From: Octopus sinensis
Taxonomy: Eukaryota
Direction of reading: 5' to 3'
DNA: 64,000 bases
NCBI RefSeq assembly: GCF_006345805.1
Contig: NC_043011.1
Coordinates: 11,780,001 to 11,844,000, forward strand
Positions 53,228 to 64,000 of the stretch are shown here, one piece after another. The number at the start of each line of letters is the position of its first letter. Position 1 is the stretch's first letter. The notes under the pieces were generated by a model, which saw only the letters and a list, made by a program, of their open reading frames with translations, was not told the origin of the DNA and searched no databases. The translations under genes and the position numbers were made by a program.

Positions 53228-55140
53228 TGTTTGATAGCATCCCCCACACATGGATCCTCGAAACACTAGCCATTAACAAAGTAGAACCAACAATTATAAA
53301 ATACATAGGACACTCTATGAATAAATGGCAAACAGTGCTACAGCTCCAAACAAAAGAGGGACTCATGAAAACCAAAGACATCCCCATTAGAAGAGGAATA
53401 TTCCAAGGAGACGCGCTCTCTCCACTCCTGTTCTGCTTTGCACTGTCACCTCTATCTGATCTGCTAAATAGAACTGGATGCGGATATTAATGTTACGGCA
53501 AAACAATCAACCACCTTTTTTATATATAGATAACTAAAACTATACGCTACAAATGACAAACAGCTGGAAACACTACTAAAGACAGTTCATGGATTTACAA
53601 AAGAAATAGATATGAAATTTGGATTAGAAAAATGCGCCAAAGTAACCATGAAAAGGGGAAAACTAGTTAAGAGTAGCAACATCACACTAGATAAAACCAA
53701 TGAAATAAAAGAATTAGACCAAAGCCAAACTTACAAATACTTAGGAATCCATGAACTAGATAAGACACAATACACACAAATGAAAGAGAAAATAAAAAAA
53801 GAATATTATAGACGAGTTAGATCAATACTAAAAACAGTGCTCAATGCTAAAAACAAGATAATAGGTATCAACACTTTAGCCGTCCCAGTTATAAGTTATA
53901 AGTCCTTAACTGGACACTAAATGAACTGACCAAAATAGATAGGAAAACAAAAAAAATAATGACAGGATGTATCATCCAAAATCTGACATAGAAAGGCTAT
54001 ATATACAACGCATAGAAGGTGGTAGAGGCCTTATACAGCTGGAAAACTACTATAAAATAACCACCATAGGACTGCAAAAATATCTACTTCAGAAGGAAGG
54101 AAAACTGATACAAATAGTGACAAAACACGAGCAAAACAAAAAGCTGACAAATACAAGCAAGAAATCATACCACCTAACAAACATGAAGAAAAAGAAGATG
54201 AAGAAACAACAAAAGCTATAAAACAAATGAAATCCGAACTAAAACTAGAACAGCAACGAACCATGATAAAACGATGGCAAGAAAAGCCCCTTCTGGCAAA
54301 TACTGGACTAAACTAAATGCAAAAGCAATAGACAAAGAAAAATCCCAGCAATGGTTGAGAAGCTCAGGACTCAAAGCAGAAACAGAGGGATTTTTAATTG
54401 CAGCACAAGACCAAAGCCTCCCCACCAGAAATTACCAAAAACATGTAATGAAAAGAAATATAACAAGTAACTGCAGAATATGTGGAGATGGACAAGAAAC
54501 AATAAATCATATTATCTCTAGCTGCCCAGTCCTGGCTAAGAAAGAATATATTCACAGACACGACAGAGTTGGGACCTACATACACTGGAAGCTATGCCAA
54601 CATTATGGAATAACAACAGAAAAAAGATGGTATAAGCACACACCAGAAAGGGTCACAGAAAACGAGAAAGCAACAAATACTGTGGGATATGCCAATACAC
54701 ACAGATAGAGAAATTAAGGCCAACAAACCAAATTTAGTTGTCAGAGATCATGAAGAAATAAATGCTTTCTAATTGATGTATCAATACCAGCAGATGACAA
54801 CGAGCCTCTAAAAGAGATGGAGAAACTTTCAAAATACAAAGACCTGGAAATAGAGGTAACCAGAATGTGGAATCTAAAAACAGAAACAATTCCTATCATA
54901 GTAGGTGCATTAGGCATGATAAAAAAATATTCAGACAAATACATAACAAAAACACCAGGACTTACAAACACATATAACATACATAAAATTACACTACTAG
55001 GCACTGCACACATCCTACGCAGTGCACTTTCAATACAATAACCATCAGAGCATCACAACAAATCACAGCACATACCCAAGGCACACAGAGCTGTGCTCGG
55101 TAGTGAAATGAAAGCATTCTATAGAAATAAAACTACTGAA
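53227..55140 (+). mobile_element. 5'-truncated R4/Dong-like LINE inserted in (TAA)n
   Basis: FDSIPHTW, RRGIFQGDALSPLLF, MKFGLEKC, YKYLG, CRICGDGQETINHIISSCPVLAKKEYIHRHD, and MEKLSKYKDLEIEV..W. Flanked by (AAT)n at 53172-53226 and 55143-55200. Confidence 0.92.
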
Positions 55141-55142
55141 TG

Positions 55143-55203
<61 letters not shown>

Positions 55204-55639
55204 AGTTTCTCCTATGCACGATGTCTCAGGGAAACGTGTGAAACACACACGCGAAATCAACGCTGGAAAGTTTACAAATTATAAAATATAAATGGAACAA
55301 AATAGTAAGTACATAAATTGAGTAATTACGCATACACTCGAATGTCTACACAATCATATATACATTTTGATATCCATAGGACTACACATACAACTCAATG
55401 TTTACACAACTACGTGAAATTTACAGGACACACATTCACGCATATGAAAATAGTGTCACAAACGAAGCAAAAACAAACAAAAAAAACAAAAACGAAACTA
55501 TTTTTTTATATTTGCTGACGAGCATTGATGGCCATCTGCTGGAATGTTCCGGTTGTGGGTTACTTCCAGCTCCTATGTTTCGGGGAAGATTTGAACCAGT
55601 AGCTGATGTTTCGTATCCAGTCTGGTTCCTCACTAGGAT

Positions 55640-56680
55640 ACGCGATCCTTGTTTAACCGGATGACGGCCGACCCGGTTTGTATTTTGCCGCAGCTAAAGA
55701 AGATACGACAGAGGCTTAAAATTAAAGAAACCGGTATGGATGAACGAGACATTCACCCAAAAATTCGCAATTCTAACCAAAATCTGAAAATAATTGGTAA
55801 AATCCGCCTTGCACTTAAGGATATAATTTCGGCTAATGATGTTGATATTACAGATCTCAATCACCTGTACTATGCATCCGCGAAAATCTCAACGATTCTA
55901 TGTGGTAAAACGATTAGAAAATGACATTCCCACAAAAAGCCTTCTTGGCAAGAGCGCATTCAACACCAAATCCAGCTACTTAGATCTGACATAGAAAGTT
56001 TAAAAAACCTTAAGTTTGACAAGATTGTCACACCTACAAAAACCCGAAAATTAAAGAAAAAATATAATATGAAAACCATACTTGACATCGATACCACCAT
56101 AGAAACTATCAAGAAAAAGTTATGTGCTAAAGCTGTCCGCAGAGCACGGTATGAAAAACGCGTCAGATTCTTCAAGGACAACATGTTCAAAAATACCCCC
56201 AAAATTTTTTTCCGGAAGATAAAAAAAATACCAATTACAGTATAGTCTGTCCCATCAAAAGAAGAAGTGCAGAAAATTTTGGAATAAAATTTGGGCAGAA
56301 GACAAAACACAATGGAAAGGCTCCGTCTATTGATAGACTATCTACAGACTTAGATTCCTTAGAAGAGCAAAAGTGGGAGGGTATCAAGGTAGAGAATGTA
56401 AGATCTGCTCCCAGGAAGTCAAGCTTATGGAAATCTTAAGGAAAGGATAAAATTCCTAACTTCTGGTTGAATGCCTTCTCAGAGAGTCATGAACTGATAA
56501 TAAAACAACATAGTATGCAACAACATAGTATGATTCCCTCTTGGCTAGTTAATGGTGTAACATTCCTACTTCCAAAAAATGAAGAAACAAATGAACCAAA
56601 AAATTATCGACCCATAGCCTGCTTAACAACAACGTATGAAATACTAACATCTTTCTTGACTGAATTTTACACCATTAACT
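55640..56680 (+). mobile_element. Decayed R4/Dong-like LINE pre-RT fragment
   Basis: HLYYASA, FWLNAFSESH, and VTFLLPKNEETNEPKNYRPIACL. Confidence 0.75.
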
Positions 56681-57029
56681 AGCCAAGAGGGAATCATACT
56701 AGGTTATTGCAAAACATTGTTGTAAGGTTTTGTTAGCAGTTCATGACTCTCTGGGAAAGCGTTCAACCTGAAGTTAGGAATTTTATCCTTTCCTGGTGAC
56801 TTCCATTTGCCTAACTTCTGGAGAGCAGATCTTACATCCTCTACCTTGATGCTCTCCCACTTTTGCTCTTCTAAGAAGTCTAATTCTGTAGATATTCTAT
56901 CAATCCAAAGGGCCTTTCTATTGCGTGTTTTTTTCTTCTGCCCAAATTTTATTCCAAAAATTCCTGCACTTTTTCTTTTGATGGGACAGACTTTACTGTA
57001 ACTGGTATTATTATTATTATTATTATTAT

Positions 57030-58250
57030 GTTATCCTAACACAGTATCAGCAGATAATAGAGTAAGGAGGAGGAAGTGGACTAGCGAAGAAAACAGGATA
57101 GCGATGCAGTGCTACTTAGAAAGTGAACCTAAAAGAAGGGGCTGTAGAAAACGGATGTTAACACTTTGGGTAGAGAAGGGTATATTTAAAGTGAATGAGA
57201 AGAGATTAGTAGATCAAGCTAATGCTATTAGGAGAAGAAAGTGGATGAGAGAACTGGAGGTGGAAGAGATCACAAGAGAACTGGAAAAGAAAGGCCAGGG
57301 AGTAGGAAAGACAAACAACAATATAAGAGATACAGCTCAAACCAAAGAAGAACCTAAAGGTAAAAATAATAATGGTGCTACCAATAAGGAAAGGGCAACT
57401 GGCACCAGCGATGTAAGTGATGTAAGTGAGGAAGATCAGAAGATTTTAGATAAGTTGCAGGAAGTAATGAGTAAAGTATTAAGAAAAAGACTGCCAGCAT
57501 TAAAAGGCATCAACAGAAGGGAAGCTGCTAGAAATGACTAGGAAAGTAGATTCTGTAAAGTAAGATAGATACTAGGAAAGTAGATTCTGTTATCAGTAAG
57601 ATAGATACTAAAATTATAGGAGACACTAACTTATTGATCTGTGCAGGAGGGGTAGTAGTCGCCAGAAGATTAGATATCTCACAAGGAAAGATTAATAAAG
57701 AACAAATGTGGAAAAGGAGACTACAAAATAAAGTGAAGAGTTAAAGACAAGATCTGAGTAGAATAGAAGCCTGGAAACTGAACAAGTTAGAAACTACTAA
57801 TCTTATGAGGGAAAAGCACCACGAGATGTTAGCTCACTAATAGAGAATGAAGAATACAAGTACTTAGGGATGCAGCAGAATGATAAAGGTAATTGAAGAA
57901 GAATGAGAAAGTCTCTAAAGTGTATAAGAAAAGTTTAAGAATGTTCTTGAAATAAATGTAAACAGATATTATATTTAGGCAACCAATAAGTGGGCACGCC
58001 ATTGTTAAGGTTACTCAACATCTTTTTAAAAAGTGTTCAAGGATAGAGTTACATGAACTAGGAAGCTGATTGCAATGCGTAATACGTACACTATTCTAAA
58101 GTAGTAACGACTGGTTTTATTTAACAAGAAGGAGAGAGAGGTTTGTTAAATGCAGAAGACACCCCGAGCGCTACGATTTGAGGTTTGAAAACGCTTGTTG
58201 AGCATGGAGAGGAAGACCCTTAGGCTAGAACAGGCGAGGGCATCCCTGAA
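57030..58250 (+). mobile_element. Decayed R4/Dong-like LINE, N-terminal Myb-like region plus deleted remainder
   Basis: RKWTSEENRIAMQCYLESEPKRRGCRKRM..W...EKRLVDQANAIRRRKW..ELE; later YKYLG relic. Preceded by (ATT)n. Confidence 0.7.
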
Positions 58251-59186
58251 ATAGTGTAAGATTTTAAGAATAGATAGAACATCAGAACAAACAGCTTGCA
58301 GGAATATAAGGCCAATTCACTTAAAGTCGAAAATGTCGGAAATGAAGAACGCTAGTTGTGACTGGGAGTTGGAAACCCTAAATAAGTAACTAAATAAGGA
58401 TCAATAAAACTCAGCCTAGTCAGCAAACGAAGAATTTGTGGAAAAGGGACTTCATTAGCAAGTGCTGAAAGATTGCACAAAAATTATAAATTCAGTTATG
58501 GCTCTGTCAGTAAAATGTTGCATTGAATTGTTAGCCATTAGGCTAACAATTCATTAGAATGGCCAAGTGGTATGAACATGAGAATGTTCATAGAATATGA
58601 TAATTTCAAAATTTCATGGGGCTACCCATTTGAGACTGATCATACTGGAAGACAGAAAGGACGATTAGTGTTAGATAATTGACATTGCAATCCCGTAGGG
58701 TGGTTCAGTAGAAATCAGAGAAACTGAGATCATTGGGGAATATCATGACCTGACCAGGGAGATGAAGAGATTGCGGAACTCAAAGGTTACAATTGTTCTT
58801 GTGGTATACAGGAGTCACCACCTCAAAGCAGACACAAACAGAATATATATTCCTGGTGGGAATGCAATTCTACCTGAAGGATTATATTTTGTATGCGCTT
58901 TTGTGGGGTGTGGGAGAGGCAGTTGGATGTGTTGCTTGTTACGATTCGAGGTGGAGCGCTCCTATATATATATATATACATTATACGTTAAGTACATTAA
59001 GTATGATACATAGATAGCTATATACCTTTTAGTTGTTTCAGTCATTGGACTGAGGCCATGCTGGGGCACCACCTATAGCAGGGATTGTTATATTCGTGGT
59101 TTTGTAGTGCATGGAATTAGGATATAATTGAGCTAGATAGTTCTTAAACTTAGTATTAGACAAGAATTTTATTTTTTGTGAGAAAC

Positions 59187-60570
59187 CACTGGCGGCAAAT
59201 TCTAACTTTTTTTTCTACTGACCTAAGTTTGAGACCTGTTTTGGGGTAATTTGGGGTCACTGAGTATAAAAATGGCATTAGTTTTGTTCATCTATGTGTA
59301 GTTTTGTTCATCTATGGATTGGCCCATATTGGCCCCACGCGTAGCTCCATGTTTGAAATGTTTGAATTCCCCTGATTCTTTTTGTTGTATATGTGAGTAT
59401 TTTACAGTACCAAGTCAAGGAATGAACGTTAGTAACATTGTGAAAAGATCCTACTTGGCTTACTAAAAATTAAAGTTGGTGATCAGGATAAACCGTGGGC
59501 CCACACAATGTATGTAAACCCTATGTTGAAAATCTATATCAATAGACAAAAGACACAAGGAAACAACTATGTTGCCGAAAGAAACAAACTTGACTGTTTA
59601 TTAGAGAAAGGAAAAAGATCTCTGAGCATTCTTTACAAGTGGAAAATATTTTGTTTACTGTTGTGATGTGGCGGAACTGTTAAACACGATGGGCGTTGAA
59701 CAGTATGATCCTAGTGAATGGAGATTCTTTATAGATAGTTCAAAGAAGAGGCTAGAATGTGTATTGCTCTATGATGGAAACGTGTTTGGTGCGATTCCTA
59801 TTGGTCACTCTCGTGCACTTAAAAGAGAATTATCATTACATGAAAGTTGTATTTGATTTACTTAAATATGATGAACACAAATGCGTCATATGTGTGGATC
59901 TAAAAATGGTCAACTTTTTACTTGACCAACAAGGTGGGTATACAAAATATCCGTGTTTATAGGATGGGATAGCCAAGCGAGAGACAAACATGGGGAACAG
60001 AAGCTCTGGCTAGTTAGGAAAAGTCTGACTGTTGGGGAGAAGAATATCATACACTAACCACTTGTAGAGCGAGAGAAAATCATCTTCTCACCCCTTCATA
60101 TTAAACTAGGACTAATGAAGTAATTTGTCAAAGCTCTTAATGTTAACTGCTCCAAATTTCTATGTACAACATTTCCTGGTTTAAGTTATAATTAAATAGC
60201 GATCGGTGGTTTTAATGGGCCACAAATCAGAAAGTTAACGAAATGCCAGGATTTCGAGCTTGGTGGCTAACATACAAAAAAGAACATGGGATTCATTTGC
60301 GGCTGTTGTGAAAGGATTTTTGAGGAAGGAAAGGGCTGCAAGCTACAAGGATTTGATGGAGACAGTACTTGATAACTTCCATCTTTTAGGCTGCAACATG
60401 AGTATAAAGCTTCATTTCCTCAATAGCCATCTCGATGAATTTCCTGCTAATTTCGGAGACGTGAGCGACGAGCATGGTGAGCATTTTCATCAAGCAATCA
60501 AGATTATAGAAGAGAGATCTCAAAGTCGATGGAACACACAGTTGTTGGCAAACGACTGTTGGAGTATTCA
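59187..60570 (+). mobile_element. Decayed, internally deleted Chapaev3-type (CMC) DNA transposon
   Basis: KCLNSPDSFCCICEY, GDQDKPWAH, YDPSEWRFFIDSSKK, DLKMVNFLLDQQGGYTKYPC, PLHIKLGLMK and HFLNSHLDEFPANFGDVSDEHGEHFHQ. The putative left end begins CAC at 59187. The superfamily assignment rests on motif recall. Confidence 0.65.
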
Positions 60571-60574
60571 AAGA

Positions 60575-61360
<786 letters not shown>

Positions 61361-61454
61361 TTATATATATATTATATATATTTATATATATATAAAGTAT
61401 ATATAACTATGTGTATGTATATTTGTGTATAAATATATATAACTATGTGTGTGC

Positions 61455-61496
<42 letters not shown>

Positions 61497-61527
61497 ATCA
61501 AAATAAAAACATGATGCCAAGGATTCA

Positions 61528-61605
61528 GCGGTACATATGTTTCGGGCCTTTATTAGACAGATTTATAACAATGCATAATGTATGTCTGTGGCCTTCTTCA
61601 GCCGC
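61528..61605 (-). ncRNA. Type I hammerhead motif with long stem II
   Basis: GCGG CUGAAGA A GGCC...GGCC C GAAA CAUAUG UA CCGC: palindromic ACAUAUGU stem III, GUA triplet, 4-bp stem I. Confidence 0.75.
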
Positions 61606-61654
61606 GCACAACAGCTTCCACAAGGACATGTGTTACATATATATATATATATGT

Positions 61655-61694
<40 letters not shown>

Positions 61695-61891
61695 AAATAA
61701 GAAAATGGAGAAATACACCTTAATCAATAATCAACTACCAGATAATACCCAATCACATAATTTATTTAACCACTACATATGAACATCAAGGTCAAACATA
61801 ATAGTATAGAACAAAACAATGAGTAATATGATACAATAAGTACAGTATGTATAAGTGATTATAAATAAATACAAATATGAATATAAACTAC

Positions 61892-62018
61892 ATCTTACAG
61901 CTGTTTCAGCCATGCAGATATGGGTATCTCATTATGCTCATATTAGCCAGGTGTGATAAGTTAATATGCGGTTATAAATGAAACACTTACAAAAATATCC
62001 CAAGGCCTCTTCAGAGAT
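61892..62018 (-). ncRNA. Type I hammerhead motif with ~90-nt insertion in stem II
   Basis: AUCU CUGAAGA GGCC...GGCU GAAA CAGCUG UA AGAU: palindromic ACAGCUGU stem III, GUA triplet. Confidence 0.7.
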
Positions 62019-62135
62019 TATAAAGTACAAACTAAACTAAATATGAATATCAGAGGGGGTACACCCATACAAGAGTGGGTACGTACCCATAATATATAAT
62101 ATACACATACATATGAGTGCATATATCCACACTCC

Positions 62136-62175
<40 letters not shown>

Positions 62176-62635
62176 CATAATAATATACAACAATATACAT
62201 ACATATGTTCTATATTCAAGGTTACAGTTGGTCAAAACAATATATTAGAATATTACAATATACAAACATACATATATCTATATTCAAATGCACATATACA
62301 AAGTCAAGAGTTCATTATAATATATATATATATATATATATACATATACATATGTGTGTGTCTTTTTTTTAGGATTAAGTAAAAAGACAAGAGACGAAAT
62401 ATATGACCTAACAATATATATAATTTTACTTCTCTATAACTTAGTATGCTTCTTTTTCGGATTTATGATTTACTGATCATATCTATATCTATATATACAT
62501 ATGTGTGTGTGAGTGGGTGTGCGTGTATGTACGGATGTATGTATGCATGTATATATGTATATGTGTGTTTCTGTGTATATAAAAATAACTTCCTATCTTT
62601 ACATATAAACGTTGATTTAAAAACATACATATATA

Positions 62636-62672
<37 letters not shown>

Positions 62673-62935
62673 ATAGGGAAGTATGTGAGTATATGTACTT
62701 GTCGTTTTTTAATGCAAATACGTTTTGGGGATCATGATAAAGTTTCTTGTTCTATGATTTTAGTTAACGAAAAACACTTAAATCTCGTAAATCAAGAGCA
62801 AACAAACTTACATCGAATTACAGTTCTAATAACAAGCAACTACTTTAAAAACTTGTTTTGCCTTGAATTTCAGACCACTTACCAACATGCTAACTTATAC
62901 ATCTTCTACAAGCGACTACATCAGGACGAAAAGTG

Positions 62936-63333
62936 GGATCTTTTCGGTTTGAAAGGCAGTTTTTAACATAATTTCTAGGTAACTAAAAAATTTTAAACTT
63001 CGTATACTGGTAGAATGTGTTTATAAAACATCTTTTTCTCTTGGCTTTATTGAGAAAATTCTATAGCTTGTAAGATATTTGTTGTTGTTTTTTTTCTTCA
63101 ATTTCTTCAATTTCAACCAATCAATGGACGTCTATTGAGGTGGAAAAAAAAGCATTCTGTGTCGTTTGAATATGTTTATTTACATTTGTGAAGAAAAAAA
63201 GATACCCTTCCCCCACCCCTAACCCTAACCTTAAAACAATGAAATGCAATAGATCGATACTAGGGTCATAATTATGGGTGACAATTTCATATGACACCGC
63301 TAGAAAAAACTATCGTTCAAACCGAAAAGATCC
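62936..63333 (-). mobile_element. GGATC-TIR MITE, 8-bp TSD GAAAA(G/A)TG, internal CCCTAA
   Basis: TSD at 62928-62935 and 63334-63341 (1 mismatch); reverse orientation relative to 21174. Confidence 0.9.
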
Positions 63334-63504
63334 GAAAAATGTGTTACATCTGCCATTATCTTGTTGCTATAACAGTAAACAGAATTTGGGGTTAAAATAA
63401 CGAAGGTCACGATTCGCATAACCCCCAACCCACCCCTTTCACAATACCCCATTGTCTTACATGAAGAAACTTAATTACTACCAACCCTATTCATACTCTC
63501 TCTC

Positions 63505-63714
63505 TCTTTTTCTCTCTTTTACTTGTTTCAGTCATTTGACTGCGGCCATACTGGAGCACCGCCTTTAGTCGAGCAACTCGACCCCGGGACTTATTCTTTG
63601 TAAGCCCAGTACTTATTTTATCCGTCTCTTTTGCCGAACCGCTAAGTGACGGAGACGTAAACACACCAGCATCGGTTGTCAAGCAATGCTAGGGGGACAA
63701 ACACAGACACACAA

Positions 63715-63809
<95 letters not shown>

Positions 63810-63962
63810 TACGACGGGCTTCTTTCAGTTTCCGTCTACCAAATCCACTCACAAGGCATTGGTCGGCCCGGAGCTATAGCAGAAGACACTTGCCCAAGAA
63901 GACTGAACCCGGAACCATGTGGTTGGTTAGCAAGCTAATTACCACACAGCCACTCTGCGCCT
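63505..63962 (-). mobile_element. Bipartite tRNA-derived SINE
   Basis: Reverse complement of the head and tail modules around (TA)n. Confidence 0.85.
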
Positions 63963-64000
63963 GTGACTATAAAATGACAAAATTTCGGCAAAATTTCCGT

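Overview
AT-rich, microsatellite-saturated eukaryotic genomic DNA. The SINE families and repeat landscape point to a coleoid cephalopod, most likely Octopus (inference). The only host coding sequence I can support is the homeobox-containing terminal exon of an NK3/bagpipe (Nkx3.2-like) gene at about 34640-35154 (+); I could not find its first exon in the window. The rest is decayed mobile DNA: three tRNA-derived SINE families, CR1-, RTE- and R4/Dong-type LINE fragments, a LINE ORF1 fragment, Penelope-like (GIY-YIG) remnants, hAT, Tc1/mariner and Chapaev-type transposase relics, Helitron-like elements, and a MITE family with 8-bp TSDs and internal TTAGGG repeats. The most striking hidden layer is a diverse set of type I hammerhead-ribozyme motifs, mostly with palindromic (dimer-type) stem III. 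At least 7 sequence-distinct types can be read by eye, including a G3-C8 compensatory core variant and a family with U fixed at core position 6. Many sit in short Penelope-pLTR-like elements that form fold-back structures, and one fold-back is a perfect 112-bp-arm palindrome. Nearly all short ORFs in the supplied track are microsatellite or SINE artefacts. Repeat boundaries are approximate unless defined by a TSD or motif.
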